DNA from: Basidiobolus meristosporus CBS 931.73 | Lineage: Eukaryota; Fungi; Basidiobolomycota | Length of the DNA stretch: 64,000 nt | NCBI GenBank assembly: GCA_002104905.1 | Contig: MCFE01000426.1 | Coordinates: 1-64,000, forward strand | Direction of reading: 5' to 3' | Shown: piece after piece, positions 21,871 to 34,399 of the stretch | Numbering within the stretch: position 1 is the stretch's first letter | How the letters are laid out: every line of letters starts with the position of its first letter | The notes under the pieces: generated by a model | Told to the model about the DNA's origin: nothing | What the model saw: only the letters and a program-made list of their open reading frames with translations | Databases searched by the model: none | Translations under genes and position numbers: made by a program

Positions 21871-24736
21871 ATGGGCAACCTAAAATCAAAACACTTTGAA
21901 GATGGGGAAGACGGTAGGAATTCTCCCGCTGTTTTCTATCCCAGTCGAGCTTTCCCAAAGCCACGCTTGCTAACTTTCCTATTATTCTTTCTAAACTTTA
22001 GTGACCCTCAATCACTTTGTTTTACAAAACAGTGTTGGTAGAGGGAGTTTTGGAAAGGTATTTCTCTTAACATTTATTTTCCTTATTCATAGTCACTCTC
22101 GAATTCCTATTTCGTGTGTACGTGGACTGCTTCCCATTCACAATGGTGGGAAGTTACGCGATTGTCGTTTTGTATTCACCCCTTTCACACGTATATATTT
22201 ATGTTTGCCTGTTTGAATTCGCGCTATTATTACTTCAAGTGTTTGATAGCGAGAAGTACGCCTAATTTGGCCTTCGCTCTGTCTCAACCTCTGTTTACTA
22301 GTAGCTTGCACCTCAAGCTATCCACACTTACTTTTTGCAACTCCACACCCAACCCATTCCACCACTACCCCCCCCCTCTCCCGCCATTCCTCTCCAAGCT
22401 TCTAACCCCCCTCTCAGGTTCGAATAGTGGAGCACAAGGAGACCAAAAAGCAGTATGCTCTCAAGTATATCAACAAGGTGGAGTGTATCAGGATGAACGC
22501 GTTAAAGAACGTTCTTCGGGAGAGGAACATATTGGAGAAGCTGGATCATCCATTCATATGCAACATGCGCTTCGCCTTCCAGGACGAGTGCAATATGTTC
22601 ATGGCACTGGATTTGATGTTGGGTGGTGACCTGAGGTTTCACCTGAATCGCCGCCGATTCTCAGAAGAGGCAGTCAGATTCTGGATCACCGAGTTGGCGT
22701 GTGGTCTTCGCTATTTGCACAAGCAGTCTATCATTCACAGGTATGATGTGGGCCGAGAGATCAGAGGGTGGAGGCTGGATGTCAGTGATTTGGTTCCAAA
22801 GCATCAGCAGCAGCGCCAACACTGGCAGAGTCTGAAAGACACCAGAGCGGGGGGGTGAGAGTGGATGGGGATGAAAGAGCCATTTGAGCCCAGAGACTAA
22901 CCAGCGTTCTATCTTCTACTCCACTCCAGGGATATCAAGCCAGACAACATATTGCTGGATCAGGCAGGTACGCGATATCTCCATGAGCCATACTCGAGCG
23001 GTTGAGGTGGTGGTGGTAGTAATACTGTTGTTGCCACTGCTGCTGCTGCTGCTGTGTGACGATGAAGCTGAATAGATCAACGCGACCAACACTAATTGCG
23101 TTTCATCAGGGCATGCGCATCTCACCGACTTCAACATTGCCATTGCGTATACCGACAAACCGTTGTGGTCCCGCTCAGGAACATACAACTACATGGGTAG
23201 GTACAATTACGAAGCCTGCGCCTCTCATCAAGACACATCCATTGAGGCGAGCAAAGAACGGGGGAGGCAGTGGGGGGGAGAGAATGGTGCAATGCGATAT
23301 GGATGCTGAGAGTAGGAGTGGGAGTGGGGTGAGGGTGGGAGTGAGAGTGAGAGAACCAGCACTCATACGCTTACTTCTTTGTAGCCCCGGAGATCTTTTC
23401 CTCACAAGGGTACGGTACATCGGTGGACTGGTGGTCACTTGGAGTGGTATTCTACGAAGCAATCTACGGCAAGGTAAGAGAGAGTGATAGTTTGAGTGAC
23501 TGGTGGCTAGTGACTAGTGACTAGTGACTAGTGACTAGTGGCTGGTACAAGAATGCAGGTATGCAGCCGAGTTCCCAGCCATTGGTCTGGGGTACGAGGG
23601 GTGTGAGTGAGAGCGAGGGTGAGGATGAGGATGAGGATGAGGATGAGGATGAGGATGAGGATGAGGATGAGGATGAGGATGAGGATGAGGATGAGGATGA
23701 GGATGAGGATGAGGATGAGGGTGAGGACGAGAGTTGGGAAGCATTGAGTGCTGGCCACCAGAGATAGAGAGTCCAGACCTACTCACATGGACATTGGTGT
23801 ACTGACTTTGCTTTGTATTACTAGCGTCCATTCATATTTGACCATGCTGACAAGGTGAAAGAAGCTATACAACATGCAGAGATCCAATTTCCAGAGGCCT
23901 CCAAGACTGGGCCAGTGAGCGAAGAATGCATATCAGCCATGAAAGGGGTAAGTGCTCATGGCCCGTCAGCTCTGAATCCAATCACGATGCGGGCTCCACT
24001 ACTTTGAGTAGCCGCGTGTGTGTGATGGATGAGAGAAGGCAGTGCAATGAAATGAAGTGAAGTGAAGTGAAGTGAAGCCAAGCGAAGTGAGCCAGGACTG
24101 ACACATGGTTGCATTCACACAGTTCCTGGAGCGTGACGTCACCCAGCGGTTGGGATGTGGGCCAGATGGGTTTCTTCACATCCAGCAGCACCCATTCTTC
24201 CGAGACATCGATTGGGATGAACTCGAGCAGAAGCGAAGCAGACCTCCATTTGCACCCAGCGTAAGTGATATCAGTACACACACACACACACACACAAATA
24301 TATATATATATATGTATATATATACATGTACATAACTATGCATCACTGCAAGGCTCATGCTAACCTCCCTTCCTTCTAGCAAAAGCAGTCAAACTTTGAT
24401 ATCACCTACGATCTTGAGGAACTACTACTTGAACAGAATCCACTAGAAACAAGGCCTCGTAAGCGCAACCAAAAACTAAGAGCCACGCTTGGTAAGGAAT
24501 TGGAACGTATTGAGAAGGAATTCAGGAACTTTGACTACCTGTTGTACGAGAGGTATCCTGGATATGTTGACCCACTCAAGATGTGTGTGGGTGACCCACC
24601 TGAATGGGTAAAATGTGTAGATCCTGAACCAGCCCTTTCAGATACTCGTGGCACCAAAAGTCTGGACGGATTTGATTCGGACAACGAAGACTTTGCACCA
24701 TTCTACGATATTCGTAGAAGAACTATGGACGTCTAA
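21871..24736 (+). CDS. AGC Ser/Thr kinase, STK32/YANK-like, copy 2 (tandem paralog)
   Basis: MGNLKSK and GRGSFGKV. Same exon structure as copy 1, with near-identical central exons and introns. Confidence 0.92.
23621..23716. repeat. (GAGGAT)16 intronic microsatellite
   Basis: 16 perfect units counted directly; the paralogous intron has 2 units (20238-20249). The same introns in both copies also carry (AGTGACT)n, (AGTGA)n, (CA)n/(TA)n and (CTG)n tracts. Confidence 0.95.
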
Positions 24737-25267
24737 GGCAGCTCAAGCGCTGGTGGTTGTGACTACTGCCTAACATTTATATTATATGCGGTCTAATGAC
24801 ACTTCTTTGTACAATATCTACATTTTTATGCATACATACTTAATATATGATATATCTAAAGCTCAGTTGTATCCGATTACATTGTTTAAACCAATGACTC
24901 TCCAGCAAATATAAGATTTTTGATGAAACGATGATAAGAAAATTACTAATGTACCACCTACTGCTACAGATGTGATTGTGTTGTTGATTGGGGTTACTTG
25001 TATGTGATCGATAGATCACCTGTTTTTGGGCCAGAAAAAAAATCACCCAGAGCCAATCATGAGCGCCTTAAATACTTTAATATGTAAGCCTACTATAAAC
25101 TAGGCGGTTCGGAATACGGGTGATTTTGTTGAGCTTTTTTCTTTTCCTCACACAACTAGCTTTCAGTAACTAGCCAATTTTCGCTGCACCTTTTCTATCT
25201 CCTTTTTTTCAATATAGATTCGTTTTAAGTTGTGTTTTCGAAGTTTATATCTTTACGCCAACGTATT

Positions 25268-27625
25268 ATGGTCTCCCTTCGTTCCCCTACTCTGAAACCA
25301 ACCATAGTCACTGAAAATCGCAAAGAAATGTTGTCTCTAAATGACGCCCCTTCTCAATTGGAAGATACTGAGCTTCCTTCGTTGAATGATATTGATAATG
25401 AGCCTGCCGTCAGGAGTACTTCCCCACCTCCTAATCTTTTAGGTGGCGGGCTTGGGAAAAACGAGCTAAATGAAAATGCTTTATTTATGATGACTACGTT
25501 CATCATGAATGCCCTGAAAGAGAAGGCGGCGGTACGTTTTTACAAAGAACTACTTCAAATAAACCATACTCTATGCGATCTCTTGAGCTGTTGCCGTCCT
25601 ACTCGGGCTGTGAAATCTTCGTTCTCTGCGCCACACAGTATGGCGAGTTCGAAGTATAATACGGCTTTTTTGACCTCTCTATCTTCACCCTGTTCCCCCC
25701 AATTACTGCTTCCCCACTATCCTATTTCATGAGGCATGAGTTCTAATCGTTCTCACCTTATTTGTAGGGGAATTTTGGGCCTTACGAAGACATCATTCGT
25801 CAACTGTCAGCTAAGCCGAGTTCTCTGGATGCTCCAAGCCCTACCAAGCTATTGCAATGGATACGTGCATTAACAAAAAGCGTCTCTTCACTCAATCGAG
25901 ATTGCCACGCCCTGATCGAAGCTGCTCTTTCCGTCGACTGGCCCACTAAGGACGACGTATTCGTGCAGTCGTATGTTCATTTCTTGGCCAACCTGGTATC
26001 TGCACATGCATTCTACATCCATCCAACTGTTCGTATGCTCGGCAGACATTTTACCTTCAGTAAGTGATCAACTCTCTCTGAACGTCTGATGTTTTCGGTC
26101 TAATTATTTTCACTTCTAGGGGCAGGTTTTGAGTCACCAGTCTGTAACAATGTGAGCGCTGAGACCTATTACGAGCGAATCCATAACGCTACGAAAACGG
26201 TGATGGGTTTAATTCCAACTGGGCCGACCAGTTTGTACCCAATCCTGATCGAAATGTTCCCGCACAAACGCCAGAGCATTCAGAGCCAGACATACTACCT
26301 GAAGAACATTTTCCGCCTCCTCGAGTATGTCCCTATCCTTAGAAATCAGCTCCTAGCAGTGATTGTGGATCGAATCATTCAAATCGATGTAAGTATGAGC
26401 CCAACACCTTTTATGCAATCATGATCGGCTCACATATTGTTTAGGTTGAAATTCAAGTAGAGTTGGAGGAGATGGACGATTCGGACGATGATGATGAGGT
26501 CTTCCAGTTGGACATGGCGAATAACGAGTTTGAGGATTCTGACATAGATGACTCGGACGATGAGGATGCTCTACCCACCGTAACCGCCGTAAATGTGAAA
26601 GAAATGTCGGCGAAACTAGATTCCATGCTCGAGCTTATCTTCCAATACATCCAGCTCAGTCACCAGTCCGGGGATTCGGAGCACATCCGGGACCTCTTCT
26701 ATGTTATGCTTGATATCTTCGACAAAACTATTTTGCAAACCTTCAAGTCACGTTACACCCAGTTCCTCTTGTTCTACATCAGTTCGCTGGACGAGAGCTT
26801 CCCCGATATTTTCCTAGGAACCCTTGCTTCCCGTATCTTTGATACCTCGGCCCCCGTCGTTAACCGAGTCTCTGCTGCGTCGTACATCTCAAGCTACGTT
26901 TCGCGAGCTAAATTCCTGGATCAGACCTCAGTTCGCACAGTTGTTGGACTCATGACCGGATTTACCGAAACATTTGCTGATCAATACGAAAGCACCGTTT
27001 CCTATCCCGATGCCGAGAGGTTCTCCGTCTTTTATGCGGTTACCCAAGCAATCCTGTATGTCTTCTGTTTCCGTTGGAAGGATTTGGTAGACGACACTGC
27101 TGAGAATGGGATCCGTCAATGGCATGGAGGCCTCGGAAATTTCCAAAGGATCATCATGTCCAGATTCAACCCTCTCAAGGTAACTTGCTTTACATTGTTT
27201 ACCATCGAAAACCAACATTAACACCAACCAATTCAAAGGTTTGCTCCCCTAATGTAGTCAAGCAGTTTGCCCATCTCAGCCACGAGTTGAACCTGATGTA
27301 CTGTTACACCGTGATCGAGCAAAACAAGCGCCTCTACTTGCCCAAAAAGAGCACCACCGTCTCCAAATCAGCCAGCTCGAACTTGCCGGCCCAGCATCAG
27401 CCCTCGTTCCATGAGTTGGAAACATTCTTCCCATTTGACCCGTACTCCCTGCCCAACTCCTCCCGATTCGTCGAGGAGATTTATCAGGAGTGGCAAAACG
27501 AGGAGATGAGTGACGAAGAGAGCGAGGCAGAGAACGAGGAAGAGGATGAGGAGATGCAAGCAGGATTCATGGCCATGTCCATTTCCCCATCTCCCAATCT
27601 AGTGGAGAAGGCATTCAATTTGTAA
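25268..27625 (+). CDS. RRN3: RNA polymerase I transcription initiation factor RRN3, multi-exon
   Basis: WIRALTKSVSSL, YVHFLANLVSAH, LIEMFPHKRQ, IVDRIIQIDV|EIQ, KLDSMLELIFQY, FKSRYTQFLLFY, FYAVTQAILYVFCFRW, NPLK|VCSP and FFPFDPYSLPNS. Confidence 0.96.
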
Positions 27626-28366
27626 ATCCGACTTTCTTACTCCAGACAGTATCATCTCTTTATATAACCTCGACCTGGTGTACTGAACCACTCATCGTAA
27701 TCACCCCTTTTCACTTGTAATGTACAGTTCCGACATAATTCGTATCCAATACTGAATAAATAGCCTGAATAACATATATATCTTGTATGGAGATGAACAA
27801 ACAAATCCACCGAGAGTACGTTATCGGTATGCATGTATGATTTTGGGGAAATGCACGCGTCGATGACATCAAAGGGGGGTGAGTACTAGCATCTCGGAGA
27901 AATTCCCACTCTTTAAAAGCAGTCGCAAGTAGCTCATCCTCAAACAATGCTCTTTCCCAATCTAATCTTTCTGTGGTTTGCCCTGTCACCCGTGATTTGC
28001 TCTTGCACAAGCAACAGGAAGAAGGATATCAGAGGTGCGTGTTTCCAGCTTCCAAGGTGTCAATCCGGGCATCGAACTGCCACATACATGAGGATGAAAC
28101 GTAGCAAGCGATGCTCTAGAACGATCAGATATTTGATAGAACCAGAAACAGGCACCGTCATTCGAGGAGTGTAACGCTATTTTGTCGATATTTATTTGTA
28201 GATCATTTTTGATTAAACCACTCCAATTACCTAAATTATGTTTGCCATTAACTGAAGATAGCCAACATCCATACTTATCTGATCAAGTCATGTGGCCCAC
28301 TCATACATTGTTGGAAACGATTATCAGTCCGTTTTCTAAAGCTTAATCTGTCTCATCATTACTGCA

Positions 28367-28794
28367 ATGACTACACAAGAGCAAACCACTCTGCTTCCCA
28401 CACATAGCGAGGAAAGCCCAACAACAGGAGAACCTTCACGCAGTAACAATTCCGAGGTGCTTCATTGGGTCTTGGTTCTCCTTGTGTTTACCCTAGCGGG
28501 TTCAACCACTGCCAGGGTCGTGTCACCACTCTTACATGCCTTGGGGATTCAAGGTAGCGTGAGTAAAGAGACGGAGTTCTTCCAAGCCGAACTAATCTGG
28601 TTTTGTTTGTAGGTGGGTTTCTTGCGGGTCCTTGGAGTTTTCGTATCCTCTATATTGTGATAATGACCTTATGTTACCCCTTTATCCTGCTGTTCTTTGG
28701 GACTGTCTTTGGTAAAAGGCAATATTTCATTGCCGTGGTGAGACGCATGGCCCGCCACTTGAACTTCAGAAATTTCCAGAACAGCGGTCGCTAG
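28367..28794 (+). CDS. Small 2-3 TM membrane protein, DUF6787-like (tentative)
   Basis: Two exons join as ...WVLVLLVFTLAGSTTARVVSPLLHALGIQ|GGFLAGPWSFRILYIVIMTLCYPFILLFFGTVFGKRQYFIAVVRRM. The pattern recalls the Bacteroidota DUF6787 proteins (from memory). Confidence 0.65.
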
Positions 28795-28913
28795 TTGACC
28801 AAGCTCTCACTACTTGGCGCGTAGTAATTCTTAATGTTGCCCATTTAAACCACTTGAAATGATGACTGGCTAGAGTGAATAAATGATTTGAGGAGGATTG
28901 TATTTGCAGAACA

Positions 28914-29672
28914 ATGAAGCTAATTAGTTTGAGGTTATTTCATTGGTATTACCCACCATTCGATCAAGACAATGCATGGAACGCTCGGATCATACTGCGA
29001 GAGAGGTATATTGCCAAGTATCTCTTGACAATCATCTATGACACACGTACGAGTCCATTGTCTTCAGTAGGGAACGGGTTGAATAAATAGTAGGTGGTGT
29101 CCTGTTCAACCGAATCATTCGTACAATCATCGTGAAGATGATACTTCAAGCCCCACCCATTCCCAAGCAGGTTGCTTTAAACATCCTGATATGTCTCTTG
29201 ATTCGTGCCTTTCCATCAGTTTTCTATAGACAGGTGAAATCTGCTGCACGCTTTGCTGCGCTATTCTTCATATTCCGAATATCCCTCCAACTCAAGGAAA
29301 AACTCTGGGTGTCCGGAATACATCCTGACGACCAAAGGATTCACTTAGATACCCAAACAAGCCTCTTCATCTCGAGCAAGAGTCCCTACTTACATGAGAA
29401 CTCTTTCATGCTCAACCGACACAAGATCTTGCGTCAAATCAACGGTATTTGTTTTGCTTTAGTTGGATTAGGCTGAATATTAGCTAACCCTGGTGATGCT
29501 ATGTTCCTTTCCCACGAGGAAAGATCTAGGGGCTTTACAAGAGCAGTTGCTGGTCTCATTAGATACACTAATCAGTCAAAACCCCAATGAGGATGGCATA
29601 GAAGCCATCCTATGGGATATCGACAAACAGAAAAACTTTCGTCTATTTCCGGCGTCCCCGAAATGGGACTGA
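28914..29672 (+). CDS. Hypothetical protein (~190 aa, 4 exons)
   Basis: Three GT-AG introns of typical size join in phase: MKLISLRLFHWYYPPFDQDNAWNARIILRERYIAKYLLTIIYDT|LGGVLFNRIIRT...PKQ|VKSAARF...HKILRQIN|GKDLGALQEQLL...FRLFPASPKWD*. Confidence 0.6.
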
Positions 29673-29941
29673 GATGCAGGCCAGAATGCGTAGAGTTTAG
29701 AGTTAGAAGTAGATTTTATAGTGTTCCTCTCTGTTTACCATCAAATAAACATTTTTGTTGTTCTGATAAACCTTCACATTGTTCAACAAATGGGCAGTCA
29801 AAGCGGGGCGACGCCACCTAAACACTTGAAGCTAAGGCAATGCCACCTATGTCGGCTATGGTTGAATAATTAACGTATCTATGATATCTTGTCATAGGAA
29901 GAGGGTTGTAGATGTTACATGTAGAAAAGCGGGATTGGTCA

Positions 29942-32767
29942 TTAGATGTAGTCCAGGTTGATCACCGGCTCGGTAAAGTTGGAGGGAAAGAGACCACACT
30001 GGATATTCTGGTTTTCATCCAGTATCTCACCTTCCCACCACCCATCCAACCGTGTGGCTGTGACCCGAACGATCTGCCCTTCACGAAGGGATAGCTCTTC
30101 CTCGCATTCGGCGTCGTAATCATAGAGAGCACGGACCTCTGACAATTTCAGTTAGTATATTTGGATGGCCATTGTGAGGTTCTAGTATGAAATACGCTAC
30201 CCATATGAGGCTTGGATTTCTTTTTACTTAGTTCGGTCGGTTGTGTAGGCTCTGAGGGAGACTCTGGAGCTATGCACATCAATTAGTATGTAGCAGCCAT
30301 GACTCCAATCGGTGAGCACTCTTACCTTCGTGAACTGACTCAGGAGGCTTTGCTCCGTCCAATTCTAAATTTGGGACATTTAACAGAGTGAATACCTAGA
30401 AGGGAGGTACACAAACGGGGCGCCTCTTACCTGCAGGACTCGTTTTCGTATGAAGCAGCTCAGTCTTGGTTGGGCTGGATCCTGAAAGCAAAACAGAAAT
30501 TCAGCAAGTTGAAGATAGGATTCGATAGAGTATTTCGTACTATCTGGAGACGTATTCGTAGGAGAGTACAACCCGTAATTCTTGAACGATAATCCTCTGC
30601 TCCGTCTTTCCTGCTGGACAGGTGATCGAAGTGCATCGTTACCTGCCCCCTGTGGCGAGTCAGGAGTTGGATAGATCTTTGAATTTGGAGAGATGGCGCG
30701 AGACTCACTATCCACCGACTGGAGGGTGGTGGAGGGTGTTGGAGAGACCCTTGTTTCCGCAGGATGGCCGGAATCAGTACTAGAAGGAGATAGTGTGCGT
30801 TGGGGCTCAAGCTTGTTGCCTACTGAAGGGTTATATGGTTGCTCTTCTTTTGGATGGTTGGCAGGAGTTGTGATGATTGTAGGAGGAGGGGAGATGACTC
30901 TTCCTAAGGGATCCGCTGAGGCTTTGATTAACCCTCCCTTTGGTTGGCCCTGAAGCTGTGCAAAGTTCTGCCAATGCGGCCTACCCTGAACCATTGGGTA
31001 GTACATCATCGGGTGTTGAGATGAGTTTGGAGAAACGGCTCGCCCAGGAACTTGAGAATAATCCATTGGGCGATTGTGATATCCCATTGGTGGTCGATAG
31101 CCCAAGGCAGCAGTGCTTCTTGGGTCCATAGGGTAGTAGCTTCTACTTTGGTGGTAATATGCCGCTTGTCGATAGGCCATGGCAGGGTCGGGGGTTCCGG
31201 CGTAATAATAATACCTAGGATCATACATTGCGCTCGCAGGACGATCAACCGGTGTCTGCATTCGAGTATTGGTGCCGATTTGGCCAGTCGAGCTGCGAAG
31301 CTTCGATCTGGCATCCAATTCGACTGCGTCTCTTTGGTTTAGACCGCTCATCTCCTTGGATATTACGGAATCTGGTGCAATGAAGTGTCAGTAAGCTGTT
31401 GGATAGGTGTGGTTCCAAATATCCCTACCCGGTAGCTCGCTGCCTGTTCCAAACTCTTGAATGAACCGGGCTATATCATGGGCTGCAAAGCACTTCTCAA
31501 GCGATTGACGAATGTTCTCACATGCCTGGACCATTCCTGAAACTGAGTAATTTGGATCATACTCGAGTAAGCCTATGTACCGCATACCATATCATCTGAG
31601 ACGCACACAGCGGCAATAATGTTACTAAACTCCCAGCTCGACTTCTTCAGGAAATTTATTCTCTCCTCCTCCAATTTTTGAAATAGCTACAAAAGAAGTT
31701 AGAAGCATATTCCACAAAGCCATAGAAACCCGCTAAAATACCTCACAAGACTCTTTCCAATCATTCGTCCACTGACGCTCGACCTCGTTGCATTTGTGAA
31801 GGGCTTCTTTAAGCTCCTCATCTAAATTCACTAGTGTCAGTCGCTGACTCACTCATGATCGGGACTGATGGTTTTACCAATAACTCGGACCGAAGCAATG
31901 GCACTTTGCAACTATTAAGATGATAAGTGGATCTTCTTCCGAAATGATTTATTACAAATAAACCAACCCTTTCTTTATCCCCCAATTGTTCAAGCTCTTG
32001 AACTGTACGTTTCTCCACGTCCAGCTTCTCCTTCAACTGTGTTGTTCGTTGGAAGCAAGTTAGATGCAGCGTATCAAACCCGCCACCGGGGACGCTTACC
32101 TTGAGTACATGCATTCGTAGCACAGATTTCTCTTTGGCGCATTTTTCTATTTTGGTCGTTTGCTAAGGAATCAACTGTCATCAGAGTAGCCCCTTCGAAT
32201 CTACTTCATGCGTGCCCGCTCACCATTTTACGCTTCTCTCGCTGGCCTTCCATGAAGCCTGCCAACTCTCCCTCGATTTCTACTTTCATCTTCTTGCCGA
32301 GTTCGACTCTCGAATTTCCCATCGATTCCAACTCGCGACGTAAGCATTCCAGAGAATCCTTCAAAGTGCTAGAGGTGGTTTAGCATACGCTGGCCCAAAA
32401 CCGTTTCGCAAAGCTAAGCTTCCGTAGTGGTTACCCGAACTCATCTTTTCCTACTGGACTCTGCGCTAACTTGAGTAATTTCCGACCGTATTCCTCTTCG
32501 ATAGCCGCCCTGCAAGTATTATTGAGAGCATGCTTAACGAAACACCCAAGCCTGGGATGACCAAGCAACTCTATACCTTGCTGTGTATAGGTTCTGAAGT
32601 TCCACGCAGGATTGCTTGGAGGTTCGAAGTTTCTTCATTAACACTTCGACCCCTTCTTCATTTTTTCCCTATCAAGGTCGATTCAGTCGCGGCGTACTCA
32701 TAAAACAAAAGGACATCTGTTAGGTTACCCAAAAGGAGTTTACGAAGGTTGGTTGAACATATGCCAT
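29942..32767 (-). CDS. F-BAR/FCH + SH3 protein (Hof1/Cdc15/Imp2-like), multi-exon
   Basis: N-terminus MAYVQPTFVNSFW|GKNEEGVEVLMKKLRTSKQSCVEL...RAAIEEEYGRKL, then CENIRQSLEKC...IARFIQEFGTG, a P/Q/Y-rich linker, and the SH3 domain VRALYDYDAECEEELSL...GWWEG...GLFPSNF. Confidence 0.9.
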
Positions 32768-33503
32768 GACAATAACAGTAAGCGAAGTTTCTTGTTGGCA
32801 GCACTAGAGGGAAGAACAGTATATATAGGTGGCTTGAATGGTGGGTTAATGGATTAAGAAAGAGTTAGTTTAGTAGGTAAAGGAGTATATCAGGGTAGGC
32901 TAGTGGCAATAGGTTAGAGAAGGGTTTAAAGAGGATTATGTACGGATTAATGAAAGAGTATTCCGGTACTAGATGAGAAACGGTTGCAGCTTTTGGTTGC
33001 TATTCTGCGTCAATATCCATTCAATCGCCTACTAAATTAGTGCCCTTTGAAATTCGCTGTGATATGAATTTCCTTAATTGTTGAATTGCTGCCTTAAACT
33101 TGGAATGGGCTCGCTGGCGATTGGCTGGTTGGTTGGAGTTGTAAGGTGTGCAGCAGCTAGCAATATCGGAGTGTTGTTCCAATCATCCATATTGCACCCG
33201 ATCCTCACACACGGATCGGAATAAACTGATTTGATGCGTGAGCTTGCATGGAAAGTTAATCACTGATCGTGGTGGGCTAACCAGCTACTAATCAACTCTC
33301 CGGCCATCTTAGTTAAGGGTAACCGAATTCCATCAAGGGTTGCAACTTATAAAAGAATTTCCGCTGCTCCCTGATTTTCTTCCTCTTTCATTCAAGTCCT
33401 TGATTTAGAGTGACAAATCGTATCCTTCGATTGTAATTGAACATCCATCATAGATTGCATTTCATCCGAGCCATCCTTAACTCTTCTTCCTCACTCTTAG
33501 ACA

Positions 33504-34259
33504 ATGAAGCACAACAATCAGTTGCCCAACAATCACTTCCGTAAGGACTGGCAATTGCGCGTCAAGACTTGGTTCGACCAAGCCGGCCGCAAGAAGCGCA
33601 GAAGACTCAATCGCGTCCAAAAGGCTGCTCGCATTGCCCCTCGCCCCGTTGATGGCCTTCTTAGACCCGCTGTCAGATGCCCAACTATCAAATACAACAC
33701 CAAGTTGAGAGCTGGCAAGGGCTTCACATTGGAGGAATTGAAGGTAAACCACATCACAATAGATCCTCCAGCCGACTCCATCTAAACTGGCTGCTTTTCA
33801 GGAAGCTGGAATCAGACGCAAGGAGGCTCTTACCATCGGTATCTCCGTCGACCACCGTCGTCGCAACAAGTCCGAGGAGTCCCTTCAATTGAACGTCCAA
33901 CGCCTCAAGGCTTACAAGGCTAAGCTTATCGTCTTCCCCAAGAAGGCTGGTAAGCCCAAGAAGGGTGACAGCGAGGTACATAGAACTTGACAAGGAATCC
34001 ATTGTTGGGAACATTTGTCTAATTGTAACGTGAAACTTAGGCTGCCGAACTTGCTGATGCCAAGCAAATCGCTGGCCCTGTTATGCCTGTTGCTCAAGTC
34101 ATCACCAAGGAGAAGGCCCGCAAGGTCACTGAAGAGGAGAAGAGCAAGAGTGCTTATGCTACTCTTCGTTTGGTCCGCTCTGAGCAACGCTACCGCGGTA
34201 TCCGCGAGAAGCGTGCTAAGCTTAAGGCTGAGGAAGAAGCCCAAAAGGTCAAGAAATAA
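33504..34259 (+). CDS. RPL13: 60S ribosomal protein eL13
   Basis: [30 protein letters not shown]...[10 protein letters not shown]|[42 protein letters not shown]; 2 introns in the CDS. Confidence 0.97.
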
Positions 34260-34399
34260 ACAACCGGCTTCTCGATTGTACAACCATGTTAAAATAATAA
34301 ATCGGCTAATATTGTGCAAATCCATGGCTTGATTTATTCATACTCGGTGGATAGCATCATAATGACGGTAGCATTTGGATTTGGAAATGTTTCGACCGA

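Noticed and set aside
23528-23831. ORFs with poly-(IL), poly-(HP) and poly-(ED) runs
   Set aside because: They are translations of the intronic (GAGGAT)16 microsatellite in different frames, not genes. The repeat has no spacers, so it is not CRISPR-like.
27711-28174. Short ORFs between RRN3 and the DUF6787-like gene
   Set aside because: Non-ATG start or no recognisable domain, and no consistent splice model.
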